Assembly (NCBI GenBank): GCA_963664405.1 | Contig: OY761158.1 | Coordinates: forward strand, 4,544,001 to 4,608,000 | Length of the DNA: 64,000 nucleotides | Direction of reading: 5' to 3' | DNA from: Thermoanaerobaculia bacterium | GTDB lineage: Bacteria; Acidobacteriota; Thermoanaerobaculia; Multivoradales; Multivoraceae | Shown: piece by piece, positions 44,735-55,985 of the stretch | Position numbering within the stretch: position 1 is the stretch's first letter | How the letters are laid out: each line of letters begins with the position of its first letter | Position numbers and translations under genes: made by a program | The notes under the pieces: model-generated | What the model was told of the DNA's origin: nothing | The model's input: the letters and a program-made list of their open reading frames with translations, nothing else | Database searches by the model: none

Positions 44735-45688
44735 ATGCCAATCGAGACCTCGGAGTGGATTTGGTACAACAGTAGGTGGGTGAAGTGGGAGGAGGCCACC
44801 GTCCATGTCACCGCCCATGCTCTTCACTATGGCTCGAGCGTCTTCGAGGGGGTTCGAGCGTACGAGGGAGACGAGGGCCCGCGCATCTTCCGCCTCGATC
44901 GCCATCTCGAGCGCTTTCTCGACTCCAGCAAGTTGTTGAGGTTCGACATGGGTGAGCACACGATGGAGAGGCTCACTCAGCTTTGTATCGATTTGGTAGC
45001 TCGCAATCGTCACAAGTCCTGCTACATCCGCCCAATCGCCTTCCGCGGAGAGGAGAGCATGGGCCTCTACCCTCTCGACTGTCCGGTCGAGGTCGTCCTC
45101 TTCAGTTTTCCGTGGGGTCCCTATCTCGGAGACGAGGCGATCGAGGATGGAGTCGACGTACAGGTCAGCTCCTGGCGTCGTTTCGCTCCCGGTACCGGCG
45201 CGCCACTTGGGAAGATCGGCGGTCAGTATGTGACCAACCAGTTCGTCTCCATAGAGGCGCGGCAAAACGGCTATGCCGAGGGCATCATGCTGGACAGTTT
45301 CGGATTTGTCAGCGAAGGTGCCGGTGAGAACGTGTTCGTCGTCAAGCGAGGTGAGATCACGACGCCGCCGATCAGTGCCTCGATCTTGTCTGGAGTGACT
45401 CGAGACAGTGTCATCATCCTGGCGCGGGATCTAGGAATCCCAGTCCACTTCGAGAATGTGACTCGAGAGATGCTCTATCTCAGCGACGAGCTCTTCATGA
45501 CCGGCACCGCGGCCGAGGTGAGTCCGGTGCGCTCCGTCGACCAGATTCCGATTGGCGAGGGTACGCGAGGGCCGATCACGAAGCGCTTGCAGGAGGAATT
45601 CTTCAACATCGTCGAGGGAACGATACCCGACCGGCACGGTTGGTTGACCTGCGTGCCACAAATCCAGTCTGTTGCGGTTCAGGACTGA
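44735..45688 (+). CDS. ilvE: Branched-chain amino acid aminotransferase
   Basis: LHYGSSVFEG, KIGGQY, EGAGENVF, ILSGVTR, GTAAEV. Confidence 0.96.
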   Translation: MPIETSEWIWYNSRWVKWEEATVHVTAHALHYGSSVFEGVRAYEGDEGPRIFRLDRHLERFLDSSKLLRFDMGEHTMERLTQLCIDLVARNRHKSCYIRPIAFRGEESMGLYPLDCPVEVVLFSFPWGPYLGDEAIEDGVDVQVSSWRRFAPGTGAPLGKIGGQYVTNQFVSIEARQNGYAEGIMLDSFGFVSEGAGENVFVVKRGEITTPPISASILSGVTRDSVIILARDLGIPVHFENVTREMLYLSDELFMTGTAAEVSPVRSVDQIPIGEGTRGPITKRLQEEFFNIVEGTIPDRHGWLTCVPQIQSVAVQD

Positions 45689-45719
45689 AGCCACCGGGCT
45701 CTTTGACTAGGAGAATCAG

Positions 45720-47426
45720 ATGAAGCTCACAGGCGCAGAGATCGTTTGGGAGTCACTCCTTCAGGAAGGCTCCGACCTCGTCTTCGGCTATCCGGGAGGG
45801 GCCATCCTCCCGACCTACGATGCTCTCAGCAAGTATCCGCAGATCCATCATGTGCTTACCCGCCACGAGCAGGGAGCCACCCATATGGCCGACGGGTTCG
45901 CGCGTGCGACAGGCAAAGTCGGCGTGGTGATCGCCACCAGCGGCCCGGGGGCGACCAATTTGGTCACCGGCATCGCGACCGCGATGATGGATTCCTCACC
46001 CATCGTGTGCATCACCGGACAGGTGCCGACGGGAGCAATCGGCACTGACGCGTTCCAGGAGACGGATGTGACGGGAATCACCCTGCCGATCACCAAGCAC
46101 AACTATCTGGTCACTGATGTTCGGGATCTGGCGGGAACCATTCGCGAAGCCTTTCATATCGCTCGCACGGGTCGTCCGGGGCCTGTCCTCGTCGACATTC
46201 CCAAGGATGTTCAGATCGCCGAGACTGTTTTCGAGTATCCGAGCGAGCCCATTCGCTTAGCCGGCTACCGGCTTCTCGACGCGCCACCCCCGGAGCAGGT
46301 CGAGGCCGCGATCGGGCTCATCCAGGCCGCTCGGCGGCCGCTGATCCTGGCCGGCCACGGCGTGCTCATGTCGGGTGCTGTTCGAGAGCTCAGAGAGTTT
46401 GCAGAGAAGACCCAGATACCCATTGCCCTGACGCTGTTGGGCAAGGGTGCAATCGCAGAGGGTCACCCGCTTTGCCTCGGAATGATGGGTATGCACGGAG
46501 AGGCCTGCGTGAACAATGCCATTCAAGATGCCGACTTGCTGTTGGCTTTCGGCATGCGCTTCGACGATCGGGTCACCGGCAACCTCGCCACCTACGCGAA
46601 GATCTCGAAGAAGATCCACGTCGACATCGACCCCTCGGAGATCAACAAGAACGTGCCGGTCGATGTAGGCATAGTGGGCGATTTGCGGGCGGTGCTGGCG
46701 CAGCTCATACCGCTGGCGGATCGAGAGGCAGAGGGCGAGTGGATGGACAAGATAAAGGGATGGCAGGGTGAGACCGAAGATCGAGACATCGCCGGCGAGG
46801 AGGGCTCGGACAAGCTTTACGCGGCGCATGTGATCCGAGACCTCTGGCGCTTCACGGACGGTGACGCCGTTACCGTCACCGATGTGGGTCAGCATCAGAT
46901 GTGGGAGGCCCAGTACTACCCCCATGAGCGACCGAACACACTGATCACGAGTGGCGGGCTGGGTACGATGGGTTTCGGGCTTCCTGCGGCGATCGGCGCC
47001 AAGATGGCCAAACCGAGTGAAGAGGTATGGGCGATAGTCGGTGATGGCGGCTTCCAGATGACCATGGCTGAGCTGGCGACGGCGGTTCAAGAGAAGGTCA
47101 ATGTGAAGGTGGCGATCATCAACAACGGCTATCTCGGGATGGTGCGTCAGTGGCAGGAGTTCTTCTACGAAGAGCGCTACAACGCCACTCCGATGATGAA
47201 CCCCGATTTCTGCAAGCTTGCTGAGGCTTATGGAATCCCGGCGATGAAGGTGACGAAGAGATCGGAAATGGAGTCGAGCGTGGCATGGGCCCGCGAGTAC
47301 CAGGACGGGCCGATTCTTGTCGAGTTCGTCGTCGAGAAGCATGACGTGGTCTACCCGATGGTGCCCACGGGTGCGACTCTCAACGAGATGATCCGTCGCC
47401 CCTCTGTCACGCCAGAGATGGTTTGA
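45720..47426 (+). CDS. ilvB: Acetolactate synthase large subunit
   Basis: FGYPGGA, RHEQGA, RFDDRVTG, GDGGFQM, LGMVRQWQ. Confidence 0.96.
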   Translation: MKLTGAEIVWESLLQEGSDLVFGYPGGAILPTYDALSKYPQIHHVLTRHEQGATHMADGFARATGKVGVVIATSGPGATNLVTGIATAMMDSSPIVCITGQVPTGAIGTDAFQETDVTGITLPITKHNYLVTDVRDLAGTIREAFHIARTGRPGPVLVDIPKDVQIAETVFEYPSEPIRLAGYRLLDAPPPEQVEAAIGLIQAARRPLILAGHGVLMSGAVRELREFAEKTQIPIALTLLGKGAIAEGHPLCLGMMGMHGEACVNNAIQDADLLLAFGMRFDDRVTGNLATYAKISKKIHVDIDPSEINKNVPVDVGIVGDLRAVLAQLIPLADREAEGEWMDKIKGWQGETEDRDIAGEEGSDKLYAAHVIRDLWRFTDGDAVTVTDVGQHQMWEAQYYPHERPNTLITSGGLGTMGFGLPAAIGAKMAKPSEEVWAIVGDGGFQMTMAELATAVQEKVNVKVAIINNGYLGMVRQWQEFFYEERYNATPMMNPDFCKLAEAYGIPAMKVTKRSEMESSVAWAREYQDGPILVEFVVEKHDVVYPMVPTGATLNEMIRRPSVTPEMV

Positions 47427-47451
47427 ATCGTTCGGGATCATAGAGGTAGAT

Positions 47452-47997
47452 ATGGGTAGACACATCCTTGCCGCATTGGTCGAGAATCGACCCGGCGTGT
47501 TGAGCCGGGTGGCGAACCTCTTTCGTCGACGTAGCTTCAACATCGATAGCCTGACCGTCGGGAGGACCCAGGACGACGACCACTCGCGGATCACTCTGGT
47601 CATGGAGGGCTCGCGCAAAGAAGCGGAGCGCCTAGAGCTGAACCTCTACAAGCTGATCAATGTGCTCGAGGTGGAGCATATGAGCGAGTCGCCTTCACTG
47701 GTGCGCGATCTTGCCCTGATCAAAGTGGCAGTCGACCGCGAGTCGAGGCGAGAAGTGCACCAGCTCACCCAGATTTTCCGCGCCCGAGTCATCGACGTCT
47801 CAGCAGAATCGATGATCATCGAGCTCACCGGTGAGGAGCGAAAGATAGAGAGCTTTGCCGAGCTCCTCAGACCCTTCGGCATTGTCGAGATGGTGCGTAC
47901 CGGGGTCGTCGCCATGGGTCGCGGAGAGCACACCTTGGAGCACGACGGCTATCAGCCCAGGGCCGGCGCCCTCGGCAGTCGTCGTTCAGTGTTGTAA
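47452..47997 (+). CDS. ilvN: Acetolactate synthase small subunit
   Basis: VENRPGVLSRV ACT domain, EMVRTG. Confidence 0.94.
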   Translation: MGRHILAALVENRPGVLSRVANLFRRRSFNIDSLTVGRTQDDDHSRITLVMEGSRKEAERLELNLYKLINVLEVEHMSESPSLVRDLALIKVAVDRESRREVHQLTQIFRARVIDVSAESMIIELTGEERKIESFAELLRPFGIVEMVRTGVVAMGRGEHTLEHDGYQPRAGALGSRRSVL

Positions 47998-48030
47998 CTA
48001 GAAAGAGAAGAAAAAAGGGAGAAAGCCTGG

Positions 48031-49041
48031 ATGGCTAAATTGTATTACGACGGCGATGCCGACCTTTCACTGCTCGACGGCAAGACCGTAGCGATTCTGG
48101 GTTACGGGAGTCAGGGTCATGCTCATGCACTCAATCTACGTGACAGCGGCGTCGAGGTCCTCGTAGGTCTTCAGGAGGAGTCGAAGAGTCGCGCGAAGGC
48201 GGAAGCCGAGGGTTTGCGAGTTCTGAGTCCGGCCGAGGCCGTTGCGGCCTCCAGTGTGGTCATGGTTCTGGTCCCCGATACGGCGCAGCACGACCTCTAT
48301 GAGAGCGACATCGCCCCCAATCTGGAAGCCGGAGACACTCTCATGTTCGCTCACGGCTTCAACATCCGCTTCGATGAGATCAAGCCGCCAGCCGAGGTGG
48401 ACGTGAGCATGGTCGCACCCAAGGCTCCGGGTCATCGTGTGCGCGAGGTCTTTCAGGAAGGCGCCGGTACCCCGGGGCTGGTTGCAGTCGAGCAGGACGC
48501 GAGCGGAGGTGCTTTGGCTTTGGCTCTGGCCTATGCCAAGGGCATCGGTTGTACGCGTGCCGGAGTCATCGAGACCACCTTCGCCGAGGAGACCGAGACC
48601 GATCTCTTCGGCGAGCAGGTGGTTCTGTGTGGCGGGGTCTCGGCGCTGGTGCGGGGAGCCTTCGAAACTCTCGTGGACGCCGGCTACCAGCCGGAGATCG
48701 CGTACTTCGAGTGTCTTCACGAGCTCAAGCTGATCGTCGACCTCATGTATGAGGGCGGTCTCAGCTATATGTGGTATTCGGTCTCCGATACTGCCGAGCA
48801 TGGCGGCTACGACGCCGGCGACAAAGTCGTTACAGCCGAGACCCGGGCGGCGATGAAGAAGATTCTCGAAGATATTCAACAGGGCGAGTACGCGAGGGGT
48901 TGGATCGATGAGAATCGGCGCGGCCGCCCTTGGTTCAACGAGAGGCGAGAGCAGGAGCGCTCCCATTCAGTCGAGGCGGTGGGCAAGAAGCTTCGCGCGA
49001 TGATGCCCTTCCTCGATGCCAAGGATCTGGCCAACGTTTGA
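48031..49041 (+). CDS. ilvC: Ketol-acid reductoisomerase
   Basis: [30 protein letters not shown]. Confidence 0.97.
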   Translation: MAKLYYDGDADLSLLDGKTVAILGYGSQGHAHALNLRDSGVEVLVGLQEESKSRAKAEAEGLRVLSPAEAVAASSVVMVLVPDTAQHDLYESDIAPNLEAGDTLMFAHGFNIRFDEIKPPAEVDVSMVAPKAPGHRVREVFQEGAGTPGLVAVEQDASGGALALALAYAKGIGCTRAGVIETTFAEETETDLFGEQVVLCGGVSALVRGAFETLVDAGYQPEIAYFECLHELKLIVDLMYEGGLSYMWYSVSDTAEHGGYDAGDKVVTAETRAAMKKILEDIQQGEYARGWIDENRRGRPWFNERREQERSHSVEAVGKKLRAMMPFLDAKDLANV

Positions 49042-49185
49042 TTGCGTCTCGAGGAAAGGAGGTGGTTCTGTGTCAGCAGGTGGCCTTAGTGACGGAGAGC
49101 TTGTGAAGCACACATTTACGGTGCCGAGAGGCCTCGTGACGGAACACACCGCCTTGGCGATCGGCCCATAGCAGAGGTATCGAGT

Positions 49186-50784
49186 ATGACCCAGACTCCG
49201 GATCCCGACGTAGTTCGCATCTTTGACACTACTCTACGCGACGGGGAGCAATCCCCTGGCGCGACCCTGACCAGCGTGGAGAAGCTGGAGATCGCTAGAC
49301 AGCTGTCGATTCTCGGGGTCGACGTCATGGAGGCGGGATTCCCCGCCGCCAGCCCCGACGAGCTGCTCGGGACCAAGAGAATCGCCGAAGAGGTGGGCCG
49401 GCCGGATGGGCCGATCATCGCCGGCCTTGCCCGCACCAGCCGTGGCGACATCGACAAGGCCTGGGAAGCAGTGCAACCGGCAGCCAAGCCTCGTATTCAC
49501 ACCTTCATTGCCACCTCCGAGCTTCATATGGAACGCAAGCTCGAGATGACTCGCGAGCAGGTGGTAGCCCAGGTGCGAGACATGGTGACTTACGCACGAG
49601 GCCTGTGCGAGGATGTCGAGTTCAGCCCGGAGGACGGAAGCCGCTCCGATCGAGACTTCCTGGTCGAGGTGCTCGCGATCGCCATCGAGGCCGGTGCCAC
49701 GACCATCAATGTGCCCGACACGGTCGGGTACGCCACGCCGGAAGAGTATGCGGAGTTGTTTCGATTTCTGATCGCGTCGACTCCCGGCGCGGATGGAGTC
49801 ATCTGGTCAGTTCACTGTCACGACGATCTCGGCATGGCCACCGCCAACAGCATCGCCGGTCTCGCCGCCGGTGCCCGCCAAGCCGAAGTGACAATCAACG
49901 GCATCGGAGAGCGCGCCGGGAACACCAGTCTCGAGGAAGTGGTCATGGCCTTGCGGACACGCCATGGTCAGTACGGCCTGCGCACCGGCATCGAAAGCAC
50001 GCAGCTCACTCGCACCAGCCGAATGGTGAGCAATTACACCGGCATCGCAGTGCCTCCAAACAAGGCTATCGTCGGAGCCAATGCCTTCGCTCATGAAGCC
50101 GGTATCCATCAGGACGGCATGCTCAAAGACGAGCGCACCTACGAGATCATGACGCCGTCGACCGTCGGCCTCGCTGAGAGCAAGCTCGTGCTGGGCAAGC
50201 ACAGCGGTCGCCACGCCTTCCGGCTCCGCATGGCCGAGCTCGGCTTCGAGCTGTCTTCGGGCGATCTCTATCCCGCGTTCCAGCGCTTCAAGCTTCTCGC
50301 GGAGAAGAAGAAAGTGGTCACCGACGCGGATCTCCAGGCACTCGCCACCTCAGAGGTTACGTCGTTGGAGGAGCTCTTCTCGCTGGTCGATCTGCAGGTT
50401 GCGTGTGGCAAATCCGGTATGCCGACAGCAACAGTACGTTTGCGAGGGCCCGAGGGGGTCGAGGAGGTGGCGCCGGCCGTGGGCACCGGTCCGGTGGATG
50501 CTTCGTTTCAGGCCATCAACGCGATTGTTCGACAGGCCACTACTTTGGTTGAATACAGCGTCCACAGCGTTACCGAGGGTATCGATGCCCTCGGGGAGGT
50601 GAGCGTACGAATCAGGTCCGCCGACGGCGACCCCCGTACATTCGGGGGTTACAGTGCCGACACCGACGTCATCATGGCGAGCGCGCAGGCCTATCTGAGC
50701 GCGTTGAATCGGCTCCTCGTGGCGCAGGGGCAGGGAAGTACGGGCCGAGAAACAGGATCCGCGACGGTAAGCGTCGCGCGGTAG
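49186..50784 (+). CDS. leuA: 2-isopropylmalate synthase
   Basis: [38 protein letters not shown]-terminal allosteric domain. Confidence 0.95.
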   Translation: MTQTPDPDVVRIFDTTLRDGEQSPGATLTSVEKLEIARQLSILGVDVMEAGFPAASPDELLGTKRIAEEVGRPDGPIIAGLARTSRGDIDKAWEAVQPAAKPRIHTFIATSELHMERKLEMTREQVVAQVRDMVTYARGLCEDVEFSPEDGSRSDRDFLVEVLAIAIEAGATTINVPDTVGYATPEEYAELFRFLIASTPGADGVIWSVHCHDDLGMATANSIAGLAAGARQAEVTINGIGERAGNTSLEEVVMALRTRHGQYGLRTGIESTQLTRTSRMVSNYTGIAVPPNKAIVGANAFAHEAGIHQDGMLKDERTYEIMTPSTVGLAESKLVLGKHSGRHAFRLRMAELGFELSSGDLYPAFQRFKLLAEKKKVVTDADLQALATSEVTSLEELFSLVDLQVACGKSGMPTATVRLRGPEGVEEVAPAVGTGPVDASFQAINAIVRQATTLVEYSVHSVTEGIDALGEVSVRIRSADGDPRTFGGYSADTDVIMASAQAYLSALNRLLVAQGQGSTGRETGSATVSVAR

Positions 50785-50801
50785 GGAGGTTAGAGGCACG
50801 A

Positions 50802-52196
50802 ATGCAGAAGACGCTTCTTGAGAAGGTTTGGGATGGTCACGTCATTCCGGGAACGGGTGAAGACGGCTTACCGGCCGTTCTCTACATCGACCTCCATCTG
50901 ATTCATGAGGTCACCTCACCGCAGGCGTTCGCCGAGCTCGCCGAACGTGGGCTGGAAGTGCGCCGTCCGGATCAGACTCTCGCCACCATGGACCACTCGA
51001 CGCCGACCGATCCTACGATCGATGCAGCGAGATTGAAGGTGCTGGATCCGCAGGGGTTCGCGCAGTTGGAGCGCTTGGCGGAGAACTGCCGCAGGCACGG
51101 CATTCCCGTCTTCGACATGGCTAGCGAGCAGCGCGGCATCGTCCACGTGATCGGTCCGGAGCTGGGGGTCACTCAACCGGGCATGACAATTGTGTGTGGA
51201 GACAGTCACACCAGCACCCATGGCGCTTTCGGAGCACTTGCCTTCGGAATAGGCACCAGTGAGGTGGGGCACGTTCTGGCCACCCAGTGTCTGTTGCAGA
51301 ACCGGCCAAAGACCTTCGAGATTCGTCCAGACGGAGAGCTCCAGCCGGGGGTGACCGCCAAGGACTTGATCCTACATGTCATTTCGACCCTTGGCATTCA
51401 CGGCGGCACCGGACATGTCTTCGAATACCGCGGCGAGGCGATCAGCGCGCTGGGTATGGAAGAGAGGATGACCGTGTGCAATATGTCGATCGAAGGGGGC
51501 GCTCGCGCCGGCATGATCGCACCTGACGAGACTACGATCGAGTATCTTCGCGGTCGAGCTCACGCGCCTCGAGGCGACGCGTGGGAGAGGGCTGAGGAGG
51601 ATTGGCTCGATCTCGCCACCGACGCTGGAGCGGTGTTCGACAGGAGCCTCGCCGTAGACGCAGCCTCATTGGAGCCGATGGTCACATTCGGCACCAACCC
51701 GGGAATGGCGATTCCGGTGAGTGGCGAGATCCCTAGCGATGAAGAGACCTTTGGTAAAGCCCTCGCCTACATGGATCTCGAGGCGGGAGCTCCGATTCTA
51801 GGTCACAAGATCGAAGTGGTCTTTCTCGGCAGCTGCACGAACTCGCGGCTCTCGGACCTGCGTGCGGCGGCTTCCGTGCTCGAGGGGCGACAGGTTGCCA
51901 GGGGTGTCACGATGTTGGTGGTGCCGGGCTCTCAAGACGTCAAGCGTAAAGCGGAGGAGGAGCGCCTCGACGAAGTGTTTCGCGCGGCCGGGGCCCAGTG
52001 GCGGGAGGCGGGTTGCTCGATGTGTCTGGCGATGAACGGGGATCAGCTCGAGCCCGGCCAATACGCCGTCAGCACAAGCAATCGCAATTTCGAGGGACGC
52101 CAGGGGCCGGGTGGTCGCACCTTTCTCGCCAGCCCTCTCACCGCGGCCGCCTCGGCCATTCGCGGGGAAATCGCCGACGTGCGGGAGCTGCTTTGA
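50802..52196 (+). CDS. leuC: 3-isopropylmalate dehydratase large subunit
   Basis: [35 protein letters not shown]. Confidence 0.97.
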   Translation: MQKTLLEKVWDGHVIPGTGEDGLPAVLYIDLHLIHEVTSPQAFAELAERGLEVRRPDQTLATMDHSTPTDPTIDAARLKVLDPQGFAQLERLAENCRRHGIPVFDMASEQRGIVHVIGPELGVTQPGMTIVCGDSHTSTHGAFGALAFGIGTSEVGHVLATQCLLQNRPKTFEIRPDGELQPGVTAKDLILHVISTLGIHGGTGHVFEYRGEAISALGMEERMTVCNMSIEGGARAGMIAPDETTIEYLRGRAHAPRGDAWERAEEDWLDLATDAGAVFDRSLAVDAASLEPMVTFGTNPGMAIPVSGEIPSDEETFGKALAYMDLEAGAPILGHKIEVVFLGSCTNSRLSDLRAAASVLEGRQVARGVTMLVVPGSQDVKRKAEEERLDEVFRAAGAQWREAGCSMCLAMNGDQLEPGQYAVSTSNRNFEGRQGPGGRTFLASPLTAAASAIRGEIADVRELL

Positions 52197-52807
52197 TGGC
52201 ACGCTTCGATACCCTGACAAGTCGCCTCGCCCCGCTGCCGCTAGACAATGTCGATACCGACCAGATCATTCCGGCCCGGTATCTCAAAGTGATCGACAAG
52301 GAGGGCCTCGGCGAGGGCCTCTTCTCGGCGTGGCGAACACTTCCGGATGGAAGTCGCGACCCCGCTTTCGTGCTCAACCAGAAGAAGTACGAAGGTGCGA
52401 AGATCCTCCTCGCGGGAGACAACTTCGGCTGTGGCAGCTCGAGAGAGCACGCCCCCTGGGCCCTACTGGGAGGAGGCTTCCGAGCCGTCATAAGCCCTCG
52501 CTTTGCGGATATCTTTCGCAATAACTCACTCAAGAACGGGCTCTTGATCGTTGAGGTCAGTCAGTCTGTCTACCGCCGCCTGCTAGCGCAGGTGGAAGCG
52601 GACCCTGTGGTAGAGGTCACCCTCGACCTGTCGCAAGAGCTCCTCTTCTTACCCGACGGCGAAGAGGTGTCTTTTCCTATCGACAGCTTCTCGCGACGTT
52701 GTTTGCTCGACGGCGTCGACCAACTCGGCTATCTCTTCGACCAGCTCGGCGCCATCGAGAGCTTCGAGCAGAGTCACGAGCCCCGAGTTAGGACCACTGA
52801 CTCCTAG
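52196..52807 (+). CDS. leuD: 3-isopropylmalate dehydratase small subunit
   Basis: NVDTDQIIPA, NFGCGSSREHAPWAL; ATG overlaps the leuC stop. Confidence 0.96.
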   Translation: MARFDTLTSRLAPLPLDNVDTDQIIPARYLKVIDKEGLGEGLFSAWRTLPDGSRDPAFVLNQKKYEGAKILLAGDNFGCGSSREHAPWALLGGGFRAVISPRFADIFRNNSLKNGLLIVEVSQSVYRRLLAQVEADPVVEVTLDLSQELLFLPDGEEVSFPIDSFSRRCLLDGVDQLGYLFDQLGAIESFEQSHEPRVRTTDS

Positions 52808-52816
52808 GGGAGCGCG

Positions 52817-53944
52817 ATGGGCGAAACGAATCAGCGAGCCAGGATTGTCCGTTTGCCGGGAGACGGCGTGGGCCCCGAGGTTCTCGGCGAAGGATGCCGG
52901 GTCCTGTCACTGGTGGCGGAGAGACGCGGCCTAATGCTGGATTTCGACGAGGCTCCGATCGGTGGCTGTGCTATCGACGCTTCGGGTAGTGCATTGCCGG
53001 ACGAGAGCGTCGCCATTTGTGAGAAGGCTGATGCGCTCTTCTTAGGAGCTGTCGGAGGGCCGAAGTGGTCGGATCCGACAGCGCCGGTTCGTCCTGAGCA
53101 GGGCCTTCTGGAGCTGCGTCGGCATTTCGGTCTTTTCGCCAACCTGCGACCCGTGCCGGTTTATGAGGGATTGCTCGACCTGACGCCGATCAAGGCCGAG
53201 CTCGCTCGAGGTGTCGACATCTTATTTGTTCGCGAGTTGACCGGCGGCATCTATTTCGGTCCACGGCTCGAACAGGGTGAAGGCACGACGGCGTCGGACA
53301 CCCTGGTTTATAGCTCGGACGAGGTGGAGCGGGTCGCTCGGGTCGCGTTTGAGGCCGCGAAGGATCGCCGCGGCAAAGTGACCTCGGTGGACAAGGCCAA
53401 TGTCCTGGCCTCGATGCGACTGTGGCGGCGGACCGTCGAGGTCGTCGCCAGAGACTATCCGGAGGTGGAGCTGGAGCACGTTCTGGTGGATGCCTGCGCC
53501 ATGCATCTGATCAGGACGCCGGCGACCTTCGACGTGATTCTGGCGGGGAACCTGTTTGGCGACATTCTCAGCGACGAAGCCTCGGTCCTTTCCGGCTCGC
53601 TTGGGATGTTGCCGTCAGCTTCTCTCGGCGACGGCCCAATGGGTCTCTACGAGCCGGTTCACGGGTCCGCTCCCGACATCGCAGGGCAAGGCATTGCCAA
53701 CCCTGTCGGCGCGATCCTGTCGGCGGCGATGTTGCTGCGCTTCAGTCTCGGTCGCGAGCAAGAGGCCTTGGCAGTCGAGGCCGCCGTAGCACGCACTTTG
53801 GACGACGGCATACGCACCTCGGATCTTGGATTGTCGGGCGCTAGCGGAGCCTCGACCCGAGAGATGGGTGACGCGATCTTGCAGCGCCTCGACGCCATCC
53901 TCACCGACCACTCATCGAGAGGTTGTCCCGGCGTCAGAGGATGA
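52817..53944 (+). CDS. leuB: 3-isopropylmalate dehydrogenase
   Basis: [50 protein letters not shown]. Confidence 0.96.
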   Translation: MGETNQRARIVRLPGDGVGPEVLGEGCRVLSLVAERRGLMLDFDEAPIGGCAIDASGSALPDESVAICEKADALFLGAVGGPKWSDPTAPVRPEQGLLELRRHFGLFANLRPVPVYEGLLDLTPIKAELARGVDILFVRELTGGIYFGPRLEQGEGTTASDTLVYSSDEVERVARVAFEAAKDRRGKVTSVDKANVLASMRLWRRTVEVVARDYPEVELEHVLVDACAMHLIRTPATFDVILAGNLFGDILSDEASVLSGSLGMLPSASLGDGPMGLYEPVHGSAPDIAGQGIANPVGAILSAAMLLRFSLGREQEALAVEAAVARTLDDGIRTSDLGLSGASGASTREMGDAILQRLDAILTDHSSRGCPGVRG

Positions 53945-55985
53945 CCGCTTCGGCTCCCAGATCTGCTATGAGATCGTCGAAGCGTTGCAGGATGGCGTCC
54001 CAGCGATCGAAGAGGCTCTTGAGCTCAGCGGGTCTCAGATAGGGCTCGAGTCGCTCCTCGACAGCGCCGCGATCCGCTGTCCGCAGCTTCTCCCAGAGCT
54101 CGCGCTCGCAGCGACTGAGCTTGGCGATCGCTTCCTCGCTGTGCTCGCTGAAGAAGGATCGACCGTGGTCGATGAGCCAGACCTTCCACTCGGAGTCGAT
54201 GAGATAGTTGCCTGGGTTGCGATCGTGATTGTTGATCAGGGCGTCGAAGACATCAACTTCTCCCATCTGGCGCGACCAGTCCCTGATATCGGGTGGCCGA
54301 AGCCCTTCTGAGCGCCTCCGCCCTTCGGTCATTGCATTCTCCAGCCAAGCCTGGATCGACCCCTTGGCGCCTTTGTAGGATCTTGGCGCGGTTGGCGGAA
54401 CGCGGTCGAGGCTGAGGATACGATCGAGCTCGTAGGCCGCGGTATCGAAGGCGTAGCTATCGCGGAAGTGCCGGTAGAACTTGCCGTCCCCGATCTTCTT
54501 GTTGCGGTGCTCCAGGTCTACATCACGGAAGATGGCGCGGGCTCGGATGCCGTCGCGCTCCAGCTCTACACGAATCGGCTGATTGATCCCTTCCTTGCTC
54601 CGCTTTCCGGACTTGACAGCGGCGGTACTGAGAAACTCCAGCAGCTGCTCGGCACTGCCAAAGGGTAGGGGCGCGCCATCGGCACCGGCCCATGACCAGG
54701 GCTGCGTCGTGGTCGCGACAGCAGCAGCGGGTGCCCCGCTCGCCGACAGGCTCAGGCGTTGACGGGGCGGCTCTTCGCTCTCCTTCCACAGCGGCACTCT
54801 GTTGTTCTTGTAGATCGCGGTGAAGGCACCATCCTGGATCTCGAGAGCGGAGGCCTGCCCACGATAGGTCGAGGTCAGCATGCCGGTGTCGATCAGGAAG
54901 ATTCGGCCGTCGAAACGCACACCGATTTCGCGATCGGTCTGCACATTGTGGCCCACGACGATGTGCTTCGTTCCTTGGGCCGCCAGGACCGCGTCAGTTA
55001 GCGCCGGTCCCTCCTCGTCACTCCAACCCGCCTCTCCTCCGGGCTCGGGAACGGAGTCTCGGTAGCCGCGGAACCAGAGCGGTCCCTCCGGAGCAAACAG
55101 ATACCACTCTTCGTAGTTGCTGCATTGGCTGAGCGTTTCGAGCTGTGAGACTTCGATCTCGCTGAGCCCCTTGTTCTGCTGTTTGACCTGGAGGCCGTTC
55201 AGCGTCGCGAAGCCCGACTGGATGAGGTCGGCAGTTGTCGATGTCAGGGTGAGATAACCCTCTCCGCGTAGCAGTGCGCGGCAGGCGTCTAGGTTCGCCA
55301 CTTCTTCGTGCACCTGCCGGTTGATGTCTTCGATCGGGCGAGCGCCGACCTCAGGGGTGAGACCGGCGTGGAGAAAGAGGGCGTTATCGACGCGAACGAT
55401 TGCGGGCAGGCCTCTGAGCCAGCTCCCGTACTTCCCTTCGGGCAGGAGTTGCTGGAGGTAGGCGATGGTTCCTTCAGGGTTCGCCTTCGACCACAGCTCG
55501 CGCTCGCTGGTGCCGAAGGCCGGACGCGGCAACGACAGCAATTTGGCTCGGTTGCGTGCGGCGCGGACCATGCTCTTGTACTCTTCGTCGCGCTTCGCCG
55601 TCGTGCTCTCGTCTGCGAAGTGACCGAGCGCTTCGGCGCTGACGTCTCTGAGCTCACCGACCAGATTCAGGGCTTCGTGGTTCCCCATCAGAACCTCGAC
55701 CCGACCTCCGGCGGCCGCCGCCTCTCGCTGGAGTCGCATCAGCAGGTCCATGACCTCGCGCACGCCCGGCCCCCGATCGGTGAAGTCGCCGGTTTGGACG
55801 AGGGTGCTATCGCCCCCCGACCACGTGAGCTTCTCGTCGATGAGGCCGCTGGCGATGAGAATCTCCACCAGCTCGTCGTAGGCGCCATGAATATCGCCAA
55901 TGGCGACGGTGCGGGCCCCAAGAACCGCGGCCGGCAACGAAAAGAGGAGGAGTACAAGTGCGGCGACGCGAGCGCCTGAGATCAT
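53934..55985 (-). CDS. Exported Shewanella-like metallophosphatase fused to a C-terminal atypical (PI3/4K/HipA-like) kinase domain
   Basis: Signal peptide; GDIHG, GDFTDRG, GNHE, HAG, GPLWFR, VGH, IDTG; C-terminal [41 protein letters not shown]. Confidence 0.82.
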   Translation of the reverse strand: MISGARVAALVLLLFSLPAAVLGARTVAIGDIHGAYDELVEILIASGLIDEKLTWSGGDSTLVQTGDFTDRGPGVREVMDLLMRLQREAAAAGGRVEVLMGNHEALNLVGELRDVSAEALGHFADESTTAKRDEEYKSMVRAARNRAKLLSLPRPAFGTSERELWSKANPEGTIAYLQQLLPEGKYGSWLRGLPAIVRVDNALFLHAGLTPEVGARPIEDINRQVHEEVANLDACRALLRGEGYLTLTSTTADLIQSGFATLNGLQVKQQNKGLSEIEVSQLETLSQCSNYEEWYLFAPEGPLWFRGYRDSVPEPGGEAGWSDEEGPALTDAVLAAQGTKHIVVGHNVQTDREIGVRFDGRIFLIDTGMLTSTYRGQASALEIQDGAFTAIYKNNRVPLWKESEEPPRQRLSLSASGAPAAAVATTTQPWSWAGADGAPLPFGSAEQLLEFLSTAAVKSGKRSKEGINQPIRVELERDGIRARAIFRDVDLEHRNKKIGDGKFYRHFRDSYAFDTAAYELDRILSLDRVPPTAPRSYKGAKGSIQAWLENAMTEGRRRSEGLRPPDIRDWSRQMGEVDVFDALINNHDRNPGNYLIDSEWKVWLIDHGRSFFSEHSEEAIAKLSRCERELWEKLRTADRGAVEERLEPYLRPAELKSLFDRWDAILQRFDDLIADLGAEAVIL

